64,000 nt of DNA from Chrysomallon squamiferum (taxonomy: Eukaryota > Animalia > Mollusca), in NCBI GenBank assembly GCA_012295275.1, contig CM022676.1:6200001-6264000 (forward strand), in the 5' to 3' direction. Below are positions 1 to 12,258 of this stretch, piece by piece; positions within the stretch are counted from its first letter, which is position 1, and every line of letters begins with the position of its first letter. The notes beneath the pieces were generated by a model that worked only from the letters and a program-made list of their open reading frames with translations, ran no database searches and had not been told where the DNA came from. Both the position numbers and the translations under genes were made by a program.

Positions 1-508
1 AGATAAATATTCAAATTACTTATTAACATTATTTTTTTTTTGTCAGGCAACAAATATGAATAAAACAGAACAGAAAACGTTACAGATCATATATACTGTA
101 CATATTTTTAGTTACAAATGAAACGCTAGATGTATTATGAACTTTGCCATTCTTAAATTATAACAACCATGACACAAAAATCTACATTTCCAGAACCAAC
201 CAGTTCTCACTGAAAAATAAAACTGTGTAAACACATCCTCCTTATGAACCAATTACCAGAACTGAGATAGAAACAGAAAAACCCAAACAAAGATTAAAAA
301 ACAAACAAAACGTACGTCAGATGAACATCAAGCTGCACATTCTTTTTTTTTTTTCTTTATCTGAAGATATACATGTGCTCATTTTTCTTTTTTATATATA
401 TATATATATATACACACAGTACAAATTATTTTTACAACAACGGTGCAGTCCAGAGCATATTAGGAGGTCAGTTTATAGGACTGAAATAAAGATGATGTAA
501 CCAGATAC

Positions 509-582
509 CTTTTCCATTTCAACATAAACCTCTTCAAAGAATTCATCGTAGTGCTGTTGTATTTCAAACTCATCCATTTGGA
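509..582 (-). CDS. U2AF1: U2AF1 exon 4b (74 nt, phase 1 to 0), tandem paralog of exon 4a
   Basis: cttcattgtAG|...|GTatct; encodes (I)[24 protein letters not shown]; same splice phases as 4a. Confidence 0.88.
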
Positions 583-634
583 CTACAATGAAGCAGGAAA
601 CAGTGTTTATTCACATTTGACCAAGTTGCACAAA

Positions 635-670
<36 letters not shown>

Positions 671-3600
671 TTTTTTTTTTCAAAATAAAAATTTTCATTA
701 AGTGCACGCCTTGCAAAATGTCAGCATGTTTATCGACAGATGTATTCTTCAAGTTTTTAGAGAACATATCAGTAAAAATGTAAAAAAATTTTACCTGAAA
801 AGGTAAAATTGTAAAATTGAATTTATATCACATTTTTTTTTGGTTTAATGTACTTTGCTGGATGTACAATTTAAAATTTGTAATCTGAGATATGAACATG
901 ATCCAAATTTCGAAAAATTAATGAAAAGCGGTATAAAGAGAATTTATTGTTATTTTTAAGATTATTTCTTTCCGTTCAAAACTTGAAAAACACAGCCATG
1001 TTGAAACGACATGCTACATTTGCCTTGTTCTTCTGCCTACTCTGAAAAGTAAGGAAGAAAAAAAAAACACAACACCATAATCAGAAAGAAGCACTTGCAC
1101 GAAGCCCAGGTTAAATCATTCCTTTGTGAAGAGTTTTGCTTTATCACACAGCCATCTCTGATTCGACAAAATGGTTAAAGAATACATTCTTATCTTTAAA
1201 AAAATAAATAAAGCATCCTTTTATTTTTATACTTATAAAACTCCATTTTAAAAATGGATAGAAAAAAAAACAGAAATATATAATTTCTATCCAAAAAAAG
1301 ATAATAATTAAATATACCGTTAGAACAAAAAATTTTTTACGACCACTTTACATTCAAATTCAAAAAAAAACTAAACACCATCATCTTCGACACCCACAAC
1401 AGTCAAAAATAATTTAACCCTGACTAACGCAAGTGCTTATTTCCGTAGTTTACATGGACCAGTTTGACATACCATGGCCGACTGACTACAGAGTACTGGC
1501 CCTGGGTGTATAAATTCAGGATCTAGGTGCATTACCTTGTCCTCGAGTTCCGTAAATACCTCCTCAAAAAAATCGTCGTACTCTTGTTGTGCCTCCACCT
1601 CATCGACAACAACTGAAATAAAAGATCTTCACTAAAACCTCAAGTTCCAAGCAACAGATCACAGAACTTAAGAGAGTTAACAAACAATTTTTTTTTGTTT
1701 TCCTTACACACCTCAGTATATACCTACCTTTTAACAGCAGGAAAGTAATAATCTAATTTTTTTTTTTTTTTTTTTTTTTTTTCTTTTACAGGTTCTTTTC
1801 AGATTTTTTGTTCAGTTAAAGAGAAATCATGGCTAATATCCCTAATATAATAACAAAACAGTTTAAATGGGAGCTATTTAAAGTTAAAATACTTTTTTTT
1901 TTTTTTTTTTTTTTTTTGGTTGTACCGATTCACTGATAGGTTAATATATATCTTTGAAATTTCCAAATGACTGGTTTCTTTCTTAATATACTCCAACCTC
2001 TAATAAGAATAAAGTAAGACATTTTTTGTTTGTTTTTTGTTTGTTCCAGGATGTTGCTTTGTAAATCAGTACACTGAGCAATCTAAATAATTTGCATGTC
2101 TCTTTGAGTTTGATGCATCAGTGGTGTGACATTTTAAAAGCATTAAAGTCAGGTCTTAGACTTGCTGACAGAAAAATAAACAACCAGATGACATTTTCAA
2201 AGGATGGTCTTTCTAGAAGCCATCTAGGACGTCCTTAACAAAATAATCACAAGTCTAACACAGATTTTTGTGAAAATCAAATTCTTCTTACGATGATAAA
2301 TCATAATTAACAACGAAAAAAATTTAACAGTCATGCAGCACTTGGCAGAAAAACGATCCATTTTGAAAACATTAAAATGATGGTGAGGGTTTTTTTGGGG
2401 GGATGGAGGGGTTAACAATTTTGTTATTATTTCTTCACACAAGCCAAATTCAAAATTAAATAGTGAAAGACAACACATTAATTTTGAAAATAAAACAGCA
2501 TCGTCCTAAATTAAAATATCAAAAGAAAGAAAGCAGCCTTTTGAGTCAAGAGAGGCTTCGTCACTCCTAAACAGTCGCAGTTCCATTTCAGTCAAATCTA
2601 AACCTAGTAAATGCTATCAATTTTTTTTAACACACAAGCAACAAAATAATAATAAGAAGAAAAAAATAAATAAAAAAATAGCAGTTACCAGTTTGTAATA
2701 ACATACATACATTCAGCATTAATATTACAAAATTTTAACATGCGTAATTTTTTACATTGTCATCAAATTTTATACATCTTTTTATAAACATTAAAATTTT
2801 AATTATGAATATAATAGGTAAAATGATTTCAATAACTTAATTAACATATAAAACATTTTTGTTAAGAACATTAAATGTCTAATTATTTGTTAAAACTTCA
2901 TCAAATTTAATCAGCAGAACTGTGTTATAATGTACTTCAAAAAGATTTATATTAATATTTTAACAAATTCCATAGTTGTAGAAGTACTTAACTTCAGATG
3001 TAAAAAAGCTTGACATTTTTTGCTTCTTCCTTGAATGTAAGCTAAATAAAATAATTTTTCGTACAGTTATAAACAGATTATTGATAAATAAATTTAAATT
3101 ATCTGTAAACCCCAACTCATGGGAAAAAAAAAAAATACTCACTGTGAGACCCATCTGCAGTTAAGGCTGCATTCTGTGGATTTAAATAAAGATTCTGCAG
3201 CAACACAGTCTGTAATTAAAAATATCAAGAATTAAAATAAATAAATATAATTTTTTTGTAGTTGAATTCTCCTCTTTCCACAAACAAAATAATATAAAGA
3301 AATATGAATATAATATGTTTTAGATTTTCTTATTCTTACAACTCACTTGCATGAATGTCTTGATATAATTTATTTTTATTTATAAAACCAAGTAATACAT
3401 TTACAAATAATGGCCAACAATTTAAAAAATAATAATACAAATTTAATTTTTAAGGTTATATAAAATGAAAACACAATTTATAAAGTATTATAATTATTAT
3501 TTATTTTTTAAATATTTTAAATTTTATACCTGACTAAATGTTGGTTTGTTATGCAATCGAGAACATCTTTCTCCATGTCGACAGGCTCCAATTTTGAAAT

Positions 3601-4112
3601 AAAATGAACAATTTACTCTGAAAATAAAACCAGTATGATGTGATTTTAACATATATATATATGTATTACTAAATTAAAGTGTAAAACCGTAATGGGAGAA
3701 ATACGTGACAAAGGTTTAAAGGAATGTCGAATTCTAATCGGCGAAAAGAATTTTACTCTTTTTTTAACAGATTTTCTTATCCAAATATGAAATAAATTGA
3801 TTAATTAAATAAAATCTACCAATAAGTAACAACAACATAATCACAGATAAAGTCTGTCACAGAAATGATTGCATATTCAATAATGGGATCAGTAAAAACT
3901 GAAAAAGTAATAAAACAAACACTAAAAAAAGGCAAAATAAAAATGGTTTCTTTGTAACAATATAAATATTCAAAATATAAAAAATTTGAATAAAAAAATA
4001 ATTTATACTGAACTACAAAGATAAAATAAACAAAAGAACATAATAAAGAAGTATCTTTATGAATATACTTGTCTTTCTCTGTTCCAAAAATGGAGGCTAA
4101 ATATTCAGCCAT
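509..4112 (-). CDS. U2AF1: Splicing factor U2AF 35 kDa subunit, 5' part (exons 1-4; 3' exons lie left of the window)
   Basis: GT-AG exons 4069-4112 ([15 protein letters not shown]), 3530-3617 ([33 protein letters not shown] zinc finger), 3143-3209 ([22 protein letters not shown]), then 1536-1612 or 509-582. Near-identical to the U2AF35 N-terminus; phases are consistent. Confidence 0.97.
1536..1612 (-). CDS. U2AF1: U2AF1 exon 4a (77 nt, phase 1 to 0)
   Basis: tatttcAG|...|GTaatg; encodes (I)[25 protein letters not shown], the acidic helix A of the UHM/RRM. Confidence 0.92.
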
Positions 4113-4974
4113 GTCGAAGCCGTAGCCGACTTATTTTACACTAACCGGAAGAAGCCGGTCGGAATATTCCAGTCCTTTGTTAGTACTAAAACGAATACTA
4201 ATAAATTGTTCTCAGAGTAGGCCTACAGAGTAGACACAGTTACGAATTAATAATTTATTATTTTACATGCATCACATATTTTCAGTGTATTCATGTGTGC
4301 TTTATATAATGTAATTGCCATTCTTCGTTATATCAGAATATCAATATAGTATATAAATAAATATGTATATATTAAAAGATTATTTTTATTTGTAACTTAT
4401 TTTCTTTTCTTTGTTAAGTATTTTACATATTTTTTAGTTTGTTGTTTGCTTTTTTAAAACACTTCAAAGAAGGGATATTTTACAGAGAATTACTACAATT
4501 ACTAATGCGAATACCGATTATAAAAAGTAAAATAAAATATATGTCTTTTAGTATCATTTAGCACCAAGTATTTTCTTTGATGCGCCACATTTCAATTGTA
4601 AACAAAGAGATTAAGTTTTGGTTGACGAAATACCAGTTAACAAGGTGCACAAATATTGATGACGTTTTATGGCCAAACGCAACTAAGGACGCTATTCAGT
4701 AGGGATTTTAGCAAGTGCTTTTTTTTTCTTCTTTTTTTTTTATTTTTACTTTCTAATATCTTTTATTTTGGAACCTAAAGTGAAATTTTTTAAAGCTGTG
4801 ATATTTACTCACAGTGATACAATTTTATTATAAATGTAATATAGAAATATTTTGAATTATTTTGGTATAATGTTTTAATTTTAAATTTTATATTATCATC
4901 ATCATCATCATCATCATCATTATTATTATTATTATTTTCACAGATAATTATAAGGACTAGCAGATCATATCAGA
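4113..4974. promoter_or_regulatory. Candidate bidirectional promoter U2AF1/PIH1D2
   Basis: Divergent start codons at 4112 and 4975; ETS-type CCGGAAG at 4145-4151 in a CpG-containing patch; acceptor at 4941-4943 implies a 5'UTR intron in PIH1D2. Confidence 0.6.
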
Positions 4975-5248
4975 ATGCAGAATATGTCATTTGGAAACGT
5001 CGACTCCGATTCTTTGATGTGTCAGGCACAACATGTGTGGACAATGTTGGACGAAATGGCGACTAGCAACCCAGAAGGATATCGTGAGTTCATCAAAAAA
5101 CAGTTAGAGGAGGGAAAAGAGCAGCTGACACCACCCCAACCCCACATGTGTGTGAAGACAAAGCTATTGGTATTTGATTTTTAAATTAGCGATCTTTGTT
5201 TTCACTTCCCAGTTTAATTTGATGTTTTTTATAGTTGATATGTATTAC

Positions 5249-5279
<31 letters not shown>

Positions 5280-5695
5280 AATTATAAATGATATTGTTAC
5301 TGATTCTGATGTTATCATTATTACTAATATTATTAATTTACTTTTGTCAGTAGTATTATTATTTGAATCTTGATAATAATGATAATGATGCAGTTATTGT
5401 TGTCATTATCATCATCATCATAATCATCATCATCATCATCATCATCATTATTATTATTATAATATATATTTTTTAATTGTCCATTTATTTAATGTTAATG
5501 ACACTTGACTTTTTATGAATTTATTATTCAGTGTTTCAGTTTAAAAAAAAGCAGTTCTTAATATAAAATTATATGAATAATCTGAATAAATCAATAATAT
5601 TATTTATGTTAATAAATTTAATAGATAATTATAATGATTATACTCCCAAATATATTTAGATTAATGTTTTAATTACTATTTATTTATTTTGTTGA

Positions 5696-5729
<34 letters not shown>

Positions 5730-5777
5730 CTTCTTCTTCTTCTTCTTCTTCTTCTTCTTCTTCTTCTTCTTCTTCTT

Positions 5778-5808
<31 letters not shown>

Positions 5809-8380
5809 TTATTATTATTATTTTACACATTTTTTTTCTTCAGAAACCAAAGCCCAGCACTCTCTACATAAACATGATGGGTTGGAAAAAGATTCCCCCA
5901 CCAAAGAAAGACGATGACCCAGTGTCTGTGGTGGGAACTGCTTTACAAACAACAAAAGATGACAGCGGTAAGCATATAGAGCCTAATCCATACCATAAAG
6001 GTTACTTAGTCAAATTAAAATCATCTTAAGTCACGTTAATTTTTTTTTGAGAAGATTTTTAAGATTTAAATTAGTAAATGAAAGCTGTTCAGAGTAATTC
6101 AGTTTTAAAAATACTGAAAATTAAAAAAAAATAATTGTGGTGGTGATAAATGATTAGAATAGTTAAGCTGTAAGATGATCACCTGGTGTATGAAAGGTTT
6201 CAGGGTCAATCCTGCTCAACATACCGGTTAAGGTGTTTCCAAATCTACCATCTGGATAGGCTACCAAAGCTGAATTATTATTATTATTATTATTTTTTTT
6301 TTTTTTAATATATGTGTTAAGTTACATATAAAAGATATTTTGCTGTTGGTTGAAATGGGAGTCAGCTATATCTCTGATCAAGATCACAATTTTCCAATTC
6401 CAGCCAAGATACCAATTATTAATTCAACGAAGTCTATGGTTCATGATTCTTCTTTACAGGAAATTTCATATAAAAGATTATAAAAAGTTACCTGATTATT
6501 TGTCAGCATTGGTTATTCTTTGTTCAATTCATCATTAAAAAGTGGAATTATTGATATATAATAAATTTTATAAGAAAAAATTCTGAAACTTTTTTTGAGT
6601 TTGTCTAAACAAATATATAGTATTTTTTTCAAACCATGATTAAAAAAGTCAAATTATTAATATATAATAAACTATTAAATAAAAAATTGGAAAACAGTCT
6701 CAATTTAGAAATTTTTATTATTATTATTTTATTTTTTTTAAATTATTCATTAAAGCATTAAACTTTTTTGGGGGTGTATATTTGTATGGAATTACATTTT
6801 AAATTGCTGAATTATTATTTTTATTAATTTTTTTTTTTTAGGAACTTTCACAGTTGTGTCTGTGGCTTTCAATTCGGACATTGTTAAGAAGTTCGGCAGA
6901 CATTGTGAAAACCCCATTGACCGAGATACACTGGTCCAGCTGTCCATGGATTACCTCGAAGAGCAGCAAAAAGTTAAAATTTCCAGAACGTACAACGTTC
7001 TCAGTGAAAAGGTCACATACAAAGGTGACCTGAAGGATATTCAGAAAGGTTTCACAGTCAAAAGTAAAGCTTCTGACAAAAAATTTGAAAACGAGTTAGA
7101 AAAACTTGAAAAAAAATGCGGTCCATTAGCATCTGGGATTAAAGATTCCCTTCTGGATCAGCTGAAAAATATCACCGTCGGTGACAGCCAATCGGATTCT
7201 GAGAAGGCAGATACTGACCAATCAGGAATCACTTTGCTGCCGGAAAATAAACCAATGAAATCTGGTTTGATAGAGGAAATAGGTGACACAGACAAGCTGC
7301 CTGTTCCCAGATATGAACTTAACTGTCTCAGTAGTGATTCAACAAATGATGAGATGCTGGAACTGAGCATCAAACTTCCAAATGTTTGTAGTGTCGCAGA
7401 ATGTGAGCTGGATATATCTGAGGTAAATTATTTATCTTTGTTGTTTCTCGTCATTATATTATTAGTAATTTTTTTTTTTTTTTAATGTTTAATGAATATG
7501 GTTTGTCCTTGAATATGAGTGTCTTTGTTGTATGGTATATGGGGGATATAGATATATATTTATATCTATCTATCTGTATCTGTATATCTGTATATCTATA
7601 TATAATCTATATAATCTATATATAAACACACTCATAGATACATACATATCTATATAGATATATCTGTACTTATCTAACTACACATACACACACACACACA
7701 AACACACACACAGATTTCTTTTATCAGACAAGAAATGGAGTGTTGCTTTAGTGATTAGAGCATAGACTGGATGCCTGGATGGTCATAGGTTCTATTCCAA
7801 CAATATGCCACTTTGGCAAAATCTCAATGGAAACAAATTCCTTTAAACTTGTTTTTTTTTAAAATTTATAAATATAATTTTATCTTCACAAAATTTGTTA
7901 CACAGATCATCATGGTTGTTAAAATTATCTTTGCATTTATTATCCTGATCCTTGTTATTAAATGATATCCTGATCCTGATTATTAGTTTATAATCTGAAT
8001 CACTGTTATCAAATTTGTTATCCTAATTATCTTTATTATATGTCATCTTTAAGATAATCATTAATAAATATTATTTGATAGCCAGATATTGATAAGTTTT
8101 TCTGTCTTTTTTTTAACCAGATTATCATTAGCTTTATTACGTCCATCTTCATTAACTTTGTTACCTAGATGATAGTCCCTACTAAATTTTTTATTTTTTT
8201 TTTCATTCTAATTTTATTTTATTCTTCTTATTATTTTTTCAGGATGATATCTCCATGATTGTCCCAGGAAAATATGAGTTTTATCTCAAGTTACCCAAAA
8301 CGATCAAAGAAAATGATTCGAGTGCTAAATTTAGTAAGAAAACCTGCACCTTGACAATAAAAATGCCAGTCCTCAGATGA
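4975..8380 (+). CDS. PIH1D2: PIH1 domain-containing protein 2 (R2TP-like/dynein assembly co-chaperone), about 345 aa
   Basis: Exons 4975-5169, 5844-5967, 6842-7422, 8243-8380, all GT-AG and in frame (1038 nt). Motifs VWTMLDEMATSNPEGYREFIKKQLEEG, LYINMMGWKKIP and the C-terminal CS domain (IKLPNVCSVAECELDISED...AKFSKKTCTLTIKMPV) match PIH1D2. Confidence 0.9.
5690..5820. repeat. Compound microsatellite (TTG)n(TTC)n(TTA)n
   Basis: Directly visible just upstream of the PIH1D2 exon 2 acceptor. Confidence 0.95.
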
Positions 8381-8994
8381 TACAAATGATAAAATGAACA
8401 TGTTTTTATATAAAAGAAAAATGAAAATAATTTGATAAAACATTCACTTTGATAATAAATTTACCTTCATTTATATATATATTTTTTTTTTATTTAAATG
8501 TTAAACTTTTTTTTTTTTTTTTATTAAAAAATAAAAAAAATGGTGGAAAATCTTTACTCTAATAATAAAAATATTCATTTCCACATGTCAAAACTAAAAT
8601 GGACTTTTTTTAGTTTTTTTATATTTTTTTTTTTTTTTTTTTTTTCATCTTCTTTATTGGAGTAAGAAAACTTCTATCAACAAGATGAAAAAAAAAAATT
8701 GCTTTAAGATGACAAGAAAGTTGGAAGTAGATATTTTAATATTTAAAAACAACAAAAATAAAACAAATACGCCACAATGTAAAACATTTTATTGTCTAGA
8801 TGTCCATTCATAAAACGGTCCAAACAAAACTGTTTTTATCAAGGACAGATTTAGAGGAGGTGTCAACCATGAATTTAACACCATCCCCCATTTCACAACT
8901 TCTGTACATGACTGCTACAACATCATTTTCTTTCCTTTAAAAATATAAAGCACCTTTGGAAACTTGCACATATTATAATTTTTCAATATCTCTT

Positions 8995-9031
<37 letters not shown>

Positions 9032-10437
9032 GTCAAGCATGACATGAATATGCACACATACACACAAATATATATTCAAAAATATTCACTCCAGTTATAC
9101 ATTTATGTGCAAAATGGTCATGTTTTATAAATTTTTAGCTTTCAGTGGTGCTGAAAAAAGATTTGGAACAAAATGAAAATACTTTTTTTTCTCTCTTCTC
9201 TCTCACTCTCTCACTCCCTCCATATTTCTCTTTCCCTTTTATCTCTGCTTTTTAAATGCATTTTAACATAAAATATTGGAATGGGAAAAATATATAAAAT
9301 TTTCAATATTTTTTTTCATCTCGTTTCATGGTATATATATAAACATATTAGCAATAGTTCAAAGAAAACAAAAACAGAAAAACATCAGTAAAAAAAAGAA
9401 ATAATGTATTTTTTTGTTATATTGCTTTTGAAAATATAAATTAATAATAATACTTTGATCTGTTGAGAGATATATAAAACCATAAAATTATATGATATGA
9501 CAACTTATGAGATCATAACAAACACTAATTAACAACTATTATATACATACATTCAGAGGCCCATTTAAGATTAACATGGAACATTCACAAAACAAGAATT
9601 GAAAAGTATTTACACTACCAGTCAATGGTTATTATTATTTTTTTTTTTAAATACATTTTTCTTTTCTTTTTTAAGCTTCTTCTTTTCTTTTTTTTAAATC
9701 TTAAAAACATGATTTTCATTTCTGAAATGAAAAAATAAACAAATGAAAAAAGTTAACAATTTGAAAATATTAACAAGTTCCTAATTTCGTTTTAAATTAG
9801 TACTAATTTTACCAATAATTAACTGATTAAAAAATTTCAAGATTAAGAATTCTAGTGTTTGTATTTTGGCTTCTAACTTATTATTATTTTTTTAAATTAA
9901 GATAAAGTGTCTTTAAATAAATTCATAAATAAATATAATAATATTCTTAACGTGTTTTTAAAAAAAATATATAATCAATAATTCCATATATGTAGCTGAA
10001 CATTCAGTGAGTTTCACTGGAAAAAATTATTTTTATTTATGACTTCAGAAAATAATTTTTATTTCAGATACAGTTTCAATAATTAGCTAAATGGACTGGT
10101 ATTTGTAACAGAAATCTTTTCTAAAACTCATAAAATGAATCTACATATCTTTTAGCCTAATAAAGGCAAAACTGCTACATATTTGGGAAAACAAAATGGC
10201 CTTCGCAACTAACAAGACTTAATGAAATGAAATAACATTTTTCTCTGTATTTAGTAAATCCCTGTAATACTAATAGACTTTTCAGGCTACTTGAAAACAA
10301 AATAAAAATATTCACATACCCAAAATAAAAAAAAAGAAAAAAAAGAAGAAGAATAATAAATATACCATTTAGGAATCAAAATGATAAAACACATACTTGT
10401 CGTTGTTTTTTTGTAACTCTCTGTACTATATACATGT

Positions 10438-10935
10438 ACATTGAATATATTAATACATTTTTCAAATCTGTGGGAAAAAATCCAAACAAATATTTAAATA
10501 AAATAGTTTTTTTAAGCTTACATTCAATATATTAACACATTTTTCAGTTCTGTGGACAAAAACTTAAATAAAATACTTTTTTTGAGCTTACATTCAACAT
10601 ATTAACACATTTTTCAGTTGTTTTTATGAAAAAAACATAAATATTTAAATAAAATAAATTTTTTAAGCTTACATTCAATATGTTAACACATTTTTCAGTT
10701 CTTTTTATGAAAAAAACAAATATTTAAATAAATTTTTTAAGCTTACATTCAATATATTAACACATTTTTCAGTTCTTTTTATGAAAAAACCATAAATATT
10801 TAAAAAAAAATTTTTTTTAAGCTTACATTCAATATATTAACATGTTGAAAAAAAATATATAAATAAATATTTAAATAAAATAATTTTTTTAAGATTACGT
10901 TTAATATATTGATATTTTTTTCAGTTCCATAGAGG
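10438..10935. repeat. Minisatellite, about 70-82 nt unit, about 6-7 copies
   Basis: Recurring aagcttacattcaatatattaacacatttttcagtt core. Confidence 0.9.
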
Positions 10936-12258
10936 AAAAAATATAAATAAATAAGTATTTGAATACAATAAAAGTTTACGACAAAATATTGGCACAAATC
11001 TGGCTTTTTTAATGGTGGTCAGATCAAAAAAACCACATCGTGGTTTTGTATGGTTTTATAAAAAATATATTGCAGTGGTGGATACTGAATAAGTGAATTT
11101 TTTAAGTGAATTTTTTAATTTTGTTTCTTGTTAACATGTATTTAGTGTTTTACATTTTGAATAACGTCTGGTTTTTACTAAAATAAATAAATTTTGTACA
11201 TTTACAAATGACTATTTGCATATTTCTACTTTATTAACATAAAAAAAAAAAAAAGCAAGAAAGAAAGAAATAAAAAATAAAAAAGCCTTGAATTTATTTT
11301 CTTGATTTCCAAATCACTGTCTGTGAATATATATATATATATATAAGTAAGTGTGCTTGTTAAAAAAAAAAAAATTCTTAAAAATATTTTCCAGATTTCC
11401 AACAATAATAATTCTAGACTGACAATAAATTTAAAACAACAACAACAAAGAGTAAATGAAGAAGCAAGAAATAAATAATTCAGTGGAACAATACCATGTC
11501 TGTTAAGACTTAAAAATGATTTTTGTTTTAAATTCTTCATAAGATAAAATTTCCTAGAAAAGTATAGAAAATCTTATTTCCAGTCTTCTTAGTACATTTC
11601 TTAGGTAACTGCTACACTTGTAACTAATTATTAGTAAAGTCTCCATGAATTACTGAAAAGTTGCTATATCCTACTTTGTTATTAGTAAAGACTGGGAGCC
11701 AATGACCAATTAAATAATCGCTTGGAAATAAATAAAGTGAATTTAGACCGTTTGCTAGATTTTTCTAGAAGCACACTTTTAATACACAGTAATAAATATT
11801 ACACTGTATTTATTTATTTATAGGTGTCTGTGATAGTGTATTAGCATTGATATTATTATTTATCATCATCATCATCATTTTTATTATCATCCTTATTATT
11901 GTATTATTATTATTATTATTTATCATTATTATCAATTCTTTACTAGGAATTATAATTATTAAACAAAACTTGTTCAGCTGAAACAGATACAGTAAACTAA
12001 AAAAAAAAATAAAAAAATAAAAATCCTACAGGTATTTTAACTTCCATTATTTCCACACAGCAAACAGACCACACAGAACATGTTGGTAAAATATCTCAGG
12101 AGTTTAAGTTCCCCATCTATAAACCCTAATGATTCCAATAATAAACCACAAAGATAACGAAATGCATGTACATAGGCAGTTGTAAGTAAATTCCTGAGCA
12201 ATGTGATTTAAATAAAGCTGATAGCTTTTGTGTCTGGATTATATATATATCTGACTAC

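Noticed and set aside
1081-1150. C/D snoRNA on the minus strand
   Set aside because: Box C is imperfect (GTGATAA), with no terminal stem and no recognisable rRNA guide.
3347-3358. 12-nt microexon (TFMQ) in U2AF1 intron 2
   Set aside because: Good GTGAGT donor but an A-rich acceptor with no polypyrimidine tract, and it would interrupt a conserved junction.
1613-3529. Vertebrate-type duplicate of U2AF1 exon 3 (Ab)
   Set aside because: No second NLY.NPQN-like exon found by eye in the flanking introns.
4711-4720. Third GCAAGTGCTT 10-mer matching the U2AF1 duplex arm
   Set aside because: About 600 nt upstream of the U2AF1 ATG and without the flanking match; treated as chance, and a caution for short pairings.
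7735-7810. tRNA-like sequence in PIH1D2 intron 3
   Set aside because: Only decayed A/B-box-like motifs and no cloverleaf; at most a SINE relic.
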